DNA from: a virus | Strand: one strand, 5' to 3' | Virus record (IMG/VR): IMGVR_UViG_3300027800_000004 | Span: 1-64,000 of that record | Length of the DNA stretch: 64,000 bases | Shown: piece by piece, positions 10,301 through 18,444 of the stretch | How the letters are laid out: each line of letters begins with the position of its first letter | Position numbering within the stretch: the stretch's first letter is position 1 | The notes under the pieces: model-generated | Told to the model about the DNA's origin: nothing | The model's database searches: none | Seen by the model: only the letters and a program-made list of their open reading frames with translations | Program-made: the position numbers and the translations under genes

Positions 10301-13300
10301 CTGAATCTCTCCATACTTAATCTGTAATTCAAGTTTTCGTTCTTTTACGCATTCTTTAAGGTTCTCCAGATCGTTCTCCAGTGTCAGTCCTCTTGATGGT
10401 TTTACCGTTGCCCTGCTCCGGATCCATGTAGCCATATCCGGATCGCCAAGTTTCTCAAACTCCTGGGCAACCTCATCATAAGCCTTTGTTCTCTTCGGAT
10501 CGTTATACGGCGGTTCCGGGATTACTTCCTTAACACGGCCTTCGGCAATTCCCTTGCGTAAAGTATCCAGCTTTGCATAGGTGAGGGGATTTCCCTCAAT
10601 AGCCACCACCTTCATCGGGAAGGTTTGCTCTTCTGCAAACAACCCGTCATGGGCCTTGACTTTCTGAAAATACTCTGTCTCTCCCCACTCTTCAACGTGG
10701 CGTATCTCTATGGTCATGCCATTGGGTACACGAAACTTCTTCCCTACCACATCGGAGAAATCATCCTCTGGTTCTTCCGGTGCGTTCATCTTGGCCATGA
10801 GATTGTCCAGATCTTCTTTTCCAAAACTTCTGACCTTCTGGAATTGTTTGGACATTTTCTCCATAACATCTTCCGGCGCATCCATAGATACTGCACCATA
10901 TCCCTGTTTGAGAAATGGCATGAGTTTATCCAGGACCGGTGCATCTACTTGAGGAATGATCTGTTCAAGCATATCCTCAAAGTCAGTTATCCCGGCATTG
11001 GCAAACTTGCGAACCATGTCCGAAGCGATATTCCGAAGTTGTGTCTTAAGCGCATCGTCCTCACCGCCACTCTCCATGCCAAACCCTGCTGCCGGGGGAC
11101 CTCCCAAAAGATTAAGGAGATCCTTCATGTCCTTGAGATCCTTGGCTACATCTACTTGCTTTTTGACTGGCTTGGTTGGCCCTTTAACTGGTTTACTCGG
11201 GCCTTTAGTCTCAGGAACCGGAGGGCCTCCTGTTGGAGCTTCAGGTTCTTCTCCACCATAGAGTCTGGCTTCTTCTGCTGCCCAGTCTGCTTCAAGTCGT
11301 TTTCTGGCTTCATGTTCTTCTGCTATTGCTTGTTTGTATAACTGAATTTCTTTCTCGTCAATGATACCGGCCTTGGCCGCCTCATTTACTGTCTCCAATG
11401 TCAGACCACCATACCTCTCAACGAATGTAGTGAATTTGGCATCCTTAATAAGATTGGTGTGTTCTTCGATTGAGACAATTATTTTCGTATCACCATCTCC
11501 TTTAAACACCATCTCACCCCTCTGATACATCTGTTTCAGAGCATCCATGAGATACTGGCTGTGCTGTGTGCCTTTTCCGGATAATAAGATCTTTGCCGCT
11601 TTTGCAAGACCTACCTCTCCCATAGAAGGTGCATCAATACCATATAAGAACTCCCATGACTTTGCCATAAATCCGACAAAATCCTTCAGTCCGGGTTCTT
11701 CTATGGATGTCAGGGTGTCGTATTCTGGCTTTACGCTTATTCTCCTGGCCTTTGAGCCACCTTCATTAAAGACAGTGATCTTCCTTCCCTCAACCTTGAA
11801 CGTGTAGCCTATCTCATTTGACAGGCTATTTATGCGCGGTATTAGCTTGGACTTGGCACTCTTGCTATTGGTGGAGTTATATTCCTCCATAAGAGAGACA
11901 AGTTCATTATTGGCATAGATCCTTCTTGCCTCTTTGTTCTTTGCCTTTTCTGCAAGATCTTTCTCGGTTGTTTTCTTCTCCTCTTCTGTCTCCGGTTTAA
12001 TTCCACCGGCTTTTTCCCATAACGCAAATTGGCGATCCCATTCCTGTACTGTAATAGGAAATTCCTCGCCTGTTTCCATGTTTCTTACTATCCAACCCTT
12101 ATCAGTTGTATCTAGTTCAGAGTTCTCAAAATCAATGGTGCGGAATTGCTGTTCTTTCTTTGCTCTGAATAAGATATCTCCATTTGGCTTTTCTTCTAGA
12201 TCAAAGAACTTCTTTAGTTCCTCAAATATTTTTGGTACTTCTACCTGGTTATTCCGTGACTCCTTCTTTGAAATCAATCCGGCAACATCCTTGGGCAGAT
12301 TGCCCATTGCGTATTTAATGATGTTAGTGGCCAACCCCTGCTTTTGCTCGTCTGTAACGGTGCTTAATAATCCCATTGAAAGGAACTTCTCTCCGTCAAT
12401 ATCAATGACCGGCTTCTTTAGTGTCAGTGATGATGCCTCTGTCTCACCATCTGGAGTATATACGATGTACTTATAATCGTTCTTACGATCAAGTATGTTT
12501 GGCTTATACTGGTCCGGGAACTGTGGCTCTGCGGCAGGCGTTACTTTTGGTGCCTCTTTTTCTGGAGTAATTGTAACGGGTTCCTCTCCCTTGCCAATAA
12601 ACTCATCAACACTCTTATCGAAGATCTCACCGATGCTCAGATCCTTTATCTCCTTTGTAGGATTGTTAATCTTTCCCCAAGCAAGTTCAACGATGTCGTT
12701 TATATCTTCTTGACTGAAATCACCCTTGGCCTTAATACGGCTCTCGATCTCCGGCATTGATTCAAGGATATAATCCTGCAGCTCTTTCTCAAACTTTAAA
12801 CCTAACTGCTTTTTGGCATATTCGATCTTAGCAATCTCATCCCGGTATGCAGCTCTCTCTTTTCTGCCCTCTCTTCCCTGGAACTTCTCTGCCTGTTTCT
12901 CTATATCTGCGATCTGCTTATCATAAGCCTCTGTTTGCTTTGTAAGCGTTTCCTGTGCCTTGACAAGATTACCCAGAAAATCCTTTGCCGGTGTCTCCAT
13001 GATCTTGCCCGGCTCTCCGTAAGTATATTCCTTTTTGAGTTTTTCCGGAAGTTCAACCGGCTCCATGCCGGCTTTCTTCATCTCGGCTCCCTCTGCCTCC
13101 AGTTGCTTTAGCCTCTTCTCTATTTTCGTAGGCTCTGGTGTCTTGACATAGAACGCACCTGTTGACTTTCCAAGTCCTTTTGCGGGTGGAGGCCCTGCCG
13201 GTAATGCCTGGAAATCCTTGCCGTAATAACCTTTCTCTGCAAGGACCTCATTGAATACCTGTAATCTCTCGTAATGGTTCTCAAGTCTTAATGCAAGTTC

Positions 13301-16090
13301 AAGTCTGCTGCCAACTTTATAGTAAATGTCAGCCTTGACATCTTCGGCCAGAGCCTTTACACTCTTGCCTGTCTCGATATCTATCAGATCAAATCCAACT
13401 ACTGTGCCTCTCTTGGTCTTTAATACTTCATTCACTTCATAATACACATCATCCATCTGAACAACATCCATCGGTTTAACATCTTTTAACGATGATGTTT
13501 TCAGAGTAACAAATCCGTCAAATGCCGGATCGTTATTCATGTTCTCCAGCACCTTGATGGCATCCCTGTTGGCATCAACGGCCATTCTGAGAACGCTTAC
13601 CGGCATTTTTTTGGCATATTCCTCTGTCTCTGCAATCCTTTGCATCTTCAGATCTTTACCAGTGATAGGTTCCTTGGTCATATCCAGCCACCGGTAGAGT
13701 TCTTTTGCAGTATCAGTATATCCTTTTTCGTCTGCAGTTCTGGCAGCATTGAATACCTTGGCTCTCATTTTAGGATTGAAATATCCTGTCCAAGATGCGC
13801 CTCCGCTTTTACCCCACTTGGCTCCAAGGGGTGCTGTCATGGCTTTTTGGCTCCCGGTAGTCAAGGCTCCCATGCCTCCGAAGAAGATACCATTGACAGT
13901 AAGTTCCATCAGGACCCTTTTCGTTACCTCATCGAGATTAGGATAGAGATTATTCATCTCTTCTTTGATCGTGCTATCAGAGAGTAGCGCATTTGCCATC
14001 GCTGATGTAGCTAATCCGGCCTCCATACCCACCGTTGCACCTACGGCACTCTTATATGCCATATCAATGAACGGTTGCAGGATATTGCCCCATTTGCCCC
14101 TTAATTTGACTTCTGGCAGAAATAGATGTGCGGTATTGATACCGGTCATAAAGCCTGGTGTCATACCCATCATCCCTGTGAAGGCTGCTTCATCTATGGC
14201 AGATGAGATAACTAAACCCTTAAGTTTACTCACACTGGTTGGTTTGACCTCGCTGATCACCTTCCATCCGGTAGGCACCGGGTCTGCAAACCTCAATGTT
14301 CTGGTAAGAGGCTTACCGGCCTCTTTCAATACAGGGTTCTCAATTATCTTCGTGCCATACCTTAATTTACTGATTAATGGTGCAGACTTCAATACGTTTG
14401 TGGCACCACCTATGAGCATAAGCATCGGAAGGTCTGCCATAAGACTTCCGGAAAACGACATGGTTTGCTCAAGGAACCCCGGAGTTATCTGGTCAATCTC
14501 TTCGTCTGTCCAGCCTATACCTTCCCTCATGCCAAGTTCACCCATCTTCTGAAGGATAGTCTGCTCCGTTACCCTGCCTGATATTGGTGTTTCTTGTTTG
14601 GATATCCCCTTAAGGATTGCATCGCCCATGACCTCAAACTGATATTTGGCATCCTTCTTAATGTCCATAGGGCCTTCGTTGGCATAGTACATCCTAGATG
14701 CAGCTTCAAACATAGCTGTCTTTTCGTACTTCATCTTTTGGGCGTTCTCCATTGCCGGAGAGATTGGGGCCGGCCTAAACCCTACTGTCCGGGCAGCCTG
14801 TTGTGGATCAGCATAGGGTGTTGATGCTTCTTTATACTGTTTTTCAAGCCTTGCATATTCCTCATCCCAAAACTTCTTCTCAACAAACGCATCATTGACG
14901 ATCTGGTGCAGCCTTTCCTTATCTGAAGGATTACTCGTTATTGATCCAGTAATGTTTTTATCAGTATCAATACTCTCATTAAAATCATTGATTTCTTTTT
15001 CAAGGTCTTTCTGCACCTTGATAAGATCAATCTGGGCCTTTTTCCACTCATCTACCTCCGGACTGGTGGCGATTAATGCTCCCTTCAAAGAGTCCTGTGC
15101 GGCCTTCCTCAGTTCCTCGACTTCAGCATAAGCCTCCATCAACTGATCCTGTTTGAGATCGAGTTGTTCTTTCTTCTTTGATAATGGATGGTCCGGTGAT
15201 GATGCTATTGCACCATTGCGGAGTTGCTCCATGTACTTATTGATAAGAGCCAACTGATCTGCATCGGCCTCTGTCTCCGGCTGTAATTTCCTCTGGCCGG
15301 TAACGGGGTCAATGAACGTGCCTGGTTTGGCATCTTTGACATAAGGTTGTGCTTCCTGTTGTACTGCCTGTTCGAGTTTTATGGGATCCCATTTCTCCTT
15401 TAACTTATCAACCATGCTTCTGTTGGCAGTATAATGAAGCATGTCCAGTAACCGGTTACGGTCCTCTTTCGGAATACCCTGCTCCTTAAGGTATTTCTCA
15501 ACCTTCTTCTTTTCTCCAAACCCTTCGGTCAGGACATATTGTTCGGGATTGGTCTTGATATAGTTATAGTCCGGATGCTCAAGCAATTTGGGGATTACTC
15601 CGGCTATCTTTTCTTCATTTGCGCGGACTGCCTGAAATGCTTCCGCGGACTTATTGAGATAAGTATCACTGATTACCGGCTTGATTGCGTCTTGCCGGGC
15701 ATAGAATTGATCGTAGATTTGCGATTTGTCCACAAAATCTGGATAATCCAGTTCCGGAACGACTGGCTCTTGTTCTTTTTTTTTTGACAGACTGAGTTTA
15801 GCGATATTACTATCAATGAACTTTTGCCTTAATTCCTTGATGGTGTTTACATCTTTAAGGCCCATCTCATTATAATAGGGTGTTGAGATACTGTCAAAAA
15901 ACTTCCCAAGAGTATTGCGCTGACTTACTGAGTCCTGGCGATATAACCGTTCATCAGCAAAGAACTGGTCCTTATCTCTCTGGTAAAGGTCTTTTTTTAC
16001 CTTAAGAACATCAGGAGTATAATCTTGTGTCGGCTGATCAACCGGAAGCTCCGGTGCCGCCACTTCTTCTTTTTTGCGCTTTTTATCCAT
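7331..16090 (-). CDS. N-terminal part of DarB-like polyvalent protein: long ejected-protein-like region, N6-adenine-type DNA methyltransferase, Strawberry-notch (AAA_34) ATPase
   Basis: QQYSTP, LDPTGGHG, EID, TNPPFG (amino-MTase motifs); GDQTGVGKGR Walker A, FIMDESH Walker B, YLSATFAKRP. Confidence 0.85.
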   Translation of the reverse strand: MDKKRKKEEVAAPELPVDQPTQDYTPDVLKVKKDLYQRDKDQFFADERLYRQDSVSQRNTLGKFFDSISTPYYNEMGLKDVNTIKELRQKFIDSNIAKLSLSKKKEQEPVVPELDYPDFVDKSQIYDQFYARQDAIKPVISDTYLNKSAEAFQAVRANEEKIAGVIPKLLEHPDYNYIKTNPEQYVLTEGFGEKKKVEKYLKEQGIPKEDRNRLLDMLHYTANRSMVDKLKEKWDPIKLEQAVQQEAQPYVKDAKPGTFIDPVTGQRKLQPETEADADQLALINKYMEQLRNGAIASSPDHPLSKKKEQLDLKQDQLMEAYAEVEELRKAAQDSLKGALIATSPEVDEWKKAQIDLIKVQKDLEKEINDFNESIDTDKNITGSITSNPSDKERLHQIVNDAFVEKKFWDEEYARLEKQYKEASTPYADPQQAARTVGFRPAPISPAMENAQKMKYEKTAMFEAASRMYYANEGPMDIKKDAKYQFEVMGDAILKGISKQETPISGRVTEQTILQKMGELGMREGIGWTDEEIDQITPGFLEQTMSFSGSLMADLPMLMLIGGATNVLKSAPLISKLRYGTKIIENPVLKEAGKPLTRTLRFADPVPTGWKVISEVKPTSVSKLKGLVISSAIDEAAFTGMMGMTPGFMTGINTAHLFLPEVKLRGKWGNILQPFIDMAYKSAVGATVGMEAGLATSAMANALLSDSTIKEEMNNLYPNLDEVTKRVLMELTVNGIFFGGMGALTTGSQKAMTAPLGAKWGKSGGASWTGYFNPKMRAKVFNAARTADEKGYTDTAKELYRWLDMTKEPITGKDLKMQRIAETEEYAKKMPVSVLRMAVDANRDAIKVLENMNNDPAFDGFVTLKTSSLKDVKPMDVVQMDDVYYEVNEVLKTKRGTVVGFDLIDIETGKSVKALAEDVKADIYYKVGSRLELALRLENHYERLQVFNEVLAEKGYYGKDFQALPAGPPPAKGLGKSTGAFYVKTPEPTKIEKRLKQLEAEGAEMKKAGMEPVELPEKLKKEYTYGEPGKIMETPAKDFLGNLVKAQETLTKQTEAYDKQIADIEKQAEKFQGREGRKERAAYRDEIAKIEYAKKQLGLKFEKELQDYILESMPEIESRIKAKGDFSQEDINDIVELAWGKINNPTKEIKDLSIGEIFDKSVDEFIGKGEEPVTITPEKEAPKVTPAAEPQFPDQYKPNILDRKNDYKYIVYTPDGETEASSLTLKKPVIDIDGEKFLSMGLLSTVTDEQKQGLATNIIKYAMGNLPKDVAGLISKKESRNNQVEVPKIFEELKKFFDLEEKPNGDILFRAKKEQQFRTIDFENSELDTTDKGWIVRNMETGEEFPITVQEWDRQFALWEKAGGIKPETEEEKKTTEKDLAEKAKNKEARRIYANNELVSLMEEYNSTNSKSAKSKLIPRINSLSNEIGYTFKVEGRKITVFNEGGSKARRISVKPEYDTLTSIEEPGLKDFVGFMAKSWEFLYGIDAPSMGEVGLAKAAKILLSGKGTQHSQYLMDALKQMYQRGEMVFKGDGDTKIIVSIEEHTNLIKDAKFTTFVERYGGLTLETVNEAAKAGIIDEKEIQLYKQAIAEEHEARKRLEADWAAEEARLYGGEEPEAPTGGPPVPETKGPSKPVKGPTKPVKKQVDVAKDLKDMKDLLNLLGGPPAAGFGMESGGEDDALKTQLRNIASDMVRKFANAGITDFEDMLEQIIPQVDAPVLDKLMPFLKQGYGAVSMDAPEDVMEKMSKQFQKVRSFGKEDLDNLMAKMNAPEEPEDDFSDVVGKKFRVPNGMTIEIRHVEEWGETEYFQKVKAHDGLFAEEQTFPMKVVAIEGNPLTYAKLDTLRKGIAEGRVKEVIPEPPYNDPKRTKAYDEVAQEFEKLGDPDMATWIRSRATVKPSRGLTLENDLENLKECVKERKLELQIKYGEIQFVPRDPVRITSGSIFATLDKADGTGDSLEPYIMANVPAELLADVLRLENEVERWMAHIGMDWDAIGSYRFLQHHFGGIAPRDLLLFIGQEARRIAKGDKRTKPEKIVRRITQLEEAIKEGEKKLIDLKKYLFTNRIAYYLNNGVSIGNAGDLKRMAKDEFGITDLTTIRDQAEMALTMLAKRIAQNASLTISDRFYRIVALYDTFPLQDRFATSQVKELQQYSTPVPLGYMMGVYTNSDVVQSILDPTGGHGALVIFANQKNVRINEIDPNRFSSLVSQGYRASNYDARESLKDKFDHPLFYAINTNPPFGLQVTGDFKGAGKYSYTLSGTHYMVAMALENLADEGKASVIIGDHTKYDKDGYMTGGDLKFFNWLYSNFYVEDVIQIPGELYSKMGTSYPTRLILINGRKPAFEGIAPQRTERDNPVPGWTELYDRIIKITTDPHEKAILQSKMDAIGRDSTIIRGRNSSIPKNTEDIGPVQPPPGEVPGPPSERPGETKKPTSGDVHKPSPGNEPDRPGGPDTPLPTDDKPLRGLENPFKRKTGDRGAVQPPASPGDLPPEQPREPIERTGRSLGLIDRETDAVIPYVPLSRTPSGNEMVPGAMAQQLEDALMQLRAEVGDIDQYVMEKLKYNSLDDLSAALYGSQIDGIGMSVFNIENGDATIIGDQTGVGKGRIAAGVISYAIENGYIPVFITKTANLFTDMYRDLFDIGKPNYIPFILNKEDQGEKTKIYKPNTEEAMFIWSEKQYEQMLKTGELPKGTNFVLATYSQFNTDKGNALKRRDFFLNIAPNAIFIMDESHDASGSSNTGNFFKEFIQRTRGGVYLSATFAKRPDNLPIYAMKTVLREANMSYDDLVAAIVNGGPALQEIISSQLAESIQFTRRQLNMENIERNWYVLGNDEEGSMFYNPELGQQLRKDYDAVTKIMHEIIDFQRQHIKPVIEALDKEVKKEGESAGIKKGTVNMGVDNYPYFSKVFNIVNQLLLAIK

Positions 16091-16092
16091 GT

Positions 16093-17733
16093 CTATTGTT
16101 CAAGGGCCTTGAATAGATCCTCGGTGGTTTTCGTTTTATCCTCAAACAAATTATTGATTTTGGACGTACTATTCAACTGTGTCTCCATATCATTGATGTA
16201 CTTGTCATACGGGGTCCAATCTTGCTTATTCTCTTTTGCTGCCGTAAAGAGATCCTGTTTTACCTCATCATAAGGTACAATGGATGTTTCTGTATAAGAC
16301 TGCGTTCTTCCAGAGGAATCTGGCATGTAAATATTGAATTGATCTCCCAACGATGCTGCCTGTCCTTCCTTGACCTGTTTGTACGACAATCCAAAGTGAA
16401 TGTATGGTTTGTACTGTATCTGGTGAGGCGGAGCCATGCCCTGTTCCCTGGCACTGGCGTTCTCAAGTCTTATCTGCTCAAGAACATGCAATGGTATCCT
16501 CTCACCTGGCTTGATTGTCTCGGTAATCATCTCCGTACCCCTGGGATCCTTGACCTTTATTGCCATTGCTTTTGTGGCAACCGGGTACATGTTTGCCTCT
16601 ACCGGAACTGCCGGGATTGCCTTGCCCTTGCCTTCTACCTGGCCGGTGATAGCATTTATGTTATTGGCAGAACCCATGATAGTTATGTTCTTAAACCCAA
16701 AGGTTGCTGCAATAGGTATGCGTCCAACACCCTCATAGGGTACAACTTTGTCACCACTCTTGCTTGATGTGTTGTAGTAGATATCCCTGACCTGCGGTTG
16801 GACAGGGTAATTGCCCGTAGTATCTTTCTCTGGAATACCATAGCCGGCTCCCATACCCCCTGTTCCGGAAATCCCCTGCTCATAACCTTTCTTTACCGGA
16901 TATTCTGGACCGTAATTCTGCATGATCCAATCCTCTTTGTTCATCACTCCCTTTTCCGGATCGGCCTCAAACATCTTATCTACGGCATTCTTTATGTTTG
17001 TAGGTGCGGCCTTATATGCCTTGAGGATACCGGCTTTTGCTCTTGCAGGATCAACACCTTCCCAGGTTGACTTGCCCCATTTACCAGTAGTCTCGTCAAT
17101 AATAAATCTACTGACGGTCTTATCTGTGCCAGGAACAAATTTCGGTATAGCCGCTTGAAAATATTTACCGGCATCCACCGGCCTTGCCTTACCAACAATA
17201 AGTTCTTTTGACAACGGACTTCTTCCAAGAACGCCACCCTCTGCTTTCATCCATTTATCAATCTGTTCCTGTGTTGCATTAATGTCAATGTCTCTCTCTT
17301 CTTCTGGTTTCCCGGCCTGTTGATTTATTATTTTTTCAACATCGCCAATCGTTGCTTTCTCCTGCTGCCAGACATCGTGTTTCTGTTTAATGTCTGCCAA
17401 CTTTGTTCTGAATGCTTTTGCAATCTTCCTCTCTGCTCCGCTGGAAGGATCGTAGATGTTATATCCTTTACTTCCAAGTTCTACATATTGATCTTTAAGA
17501 TTTTCAAGTTCACCACTTATCTCATCATAGCCCTGCTGATCTTCCCATCCCTTGATGTCAAGGTCAATGAGTTTCTTCCCGGCCTCAAAGTCCTTATCTC
17601 TTTTTTCCTTGAGTGCCTGACCATATTGTAGCCTTTCAAGCCGTACTCTTTGTACTGCCTGTACCGGATCGTATGATGATGGCCCGAAAAATGGTGCCGC
17701 TACAAAGCCGGGATCTATTTTACCGTTTGCCAT
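16093..17733 (-). CDS. Putative ejected/cargo virion protein
   Basis: 546 aa with helical N-terminus; lies between the tail stabilization gene and the giant protein, as in podoviruses. Confidence 0.45.
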   Translation of the reverse strand: MANGKIDPGFVAAPFFGPSSYDPVQAVQRVRLERLQYGQALKEKRDKDFEAGKKLIDLDIKGWEDQQGYDEISGELENLKDQYVELGSKGYNIYDPSSGAERKIAKAFRTKLADIKQKHDVWQQEKATIGDVEKIINQQAGKPEEERDIDINATQEQIDKWMKAEGGVLGRSPLSKELIVGKARPVDAGKYFQAAIPKFVPGTDKTVSRFIIDETTGKWGKSTWEGVDPARAKAGILKAYKAAPTNIKNAVDKMFEADPEKGVMNKEDWIMQNYGPEYPVKKGYEQGISGTGGMGAGYGIPEKDTTGNYPVQPQVRDIYYNTSSKSGDKVVPYEGVGRIPIAATFGFKNITIMGSANNINAITGQVEGKGKAIPAVPVEANMYPVATKAMAIKVKDPRGTEMITETIKPGERIPLHVLEQIRLENASAREQGMAPPHQIQYKPYIHFGLSYKQVKEGQAASLGDQFNIYMPDSSGRTQSYTETSIVPYDEVKQDLFTAAKENKQDWTPYDKYINDMETQLNSTSKINNLFEDKTKTTEDLFKALEQ

Positions 17734-17742
17734 TTCTATTAA

Positions 17743-18432
17743 TTATTTAATTCCGAAAGCCGGAACATTAAGTGTTGTATTTTGCTTTTTGGTAATCTGA
17801 GCAATAATATCTGCCAAGTCTTTCTCGGAAACTGCTGATCCTCCTGTCCCTTTTCCTAATAATGAGGAAAGGATGTCCGTATTCTGCGTGGCAGTAGCAA
17901 CGCCCCCGATATTCTTTACTGCCGCCATGACGTTCTGCCCACCGGACTCTCTCAATGCCTGTGCTGCCTGTGCTGCCTGTAAGTATGGCATTTCCTTATT
18001 CCAGTAGTCAACTCGTCTTTCTTCCTGATAAACTGGTCCCTGCAGAACATCCATGTACTGACCCTGTGCCTGGTATCTCTGCTGTGCTGCCTGTGCTGCC
18101 ATCTGAGTATAGTTCTTTTGCTGACCAAGAACAAGTTTATCGAGCAATCCATAAGCCTCTGCACCGGATCCAAGTTGTGATGCTGCCCTCAGTCCTGATG
18201 CGGTTGCTCCGGCAATCTCATTGCGATAGATCTCCCCTCCGGGAATATCCTGGTCAAGTTGACGGGCATAGGCATATCCCTGAAGGTCCTTTATGGACTG
18301 TGAGGTTGTTGCTTTTGGTCGGGGATATTGCTCTTCAAGTTTATCTGCCTTCTTCTCCTGAAACGCACCCCAGATACCTTGTACTGCGGATGTCGCTGCC
18401 CCTATTAATGCTGCTATTGTTACTGGATCCAT
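17743..18432 (-). CDS. Putative ejected (internal virion) protein
   Basis: MDPVTIAALIGAATSAVQG N-terminus, Ala/Gly/Gln-rich helices, typical of podovirus ejection proteins. Confidence 0.55.
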   Translation of the reverse strand: MDPVTIAALIGAATSAVQGIWGAFQEKKADKLEEQYPRPKATTSQSIKDLQGYAYARQLDQDIPGGEIYRNEIAGATASGLRAASQLGSGAEAYGLLDKLVLGQQKNYTQMAAQAAQQRYQAQGQYMDVLQGPVYQEERRVDYWNKEMPYLQAAQAAQALRESGGQNVMAAVKNIGGVATATQNTDILSSLLGKGTGGSAVSEKDLADIIAQITKKQNTTLNVPAFGIK

Positions 18433-18444
18433 GATATTGTCTTT

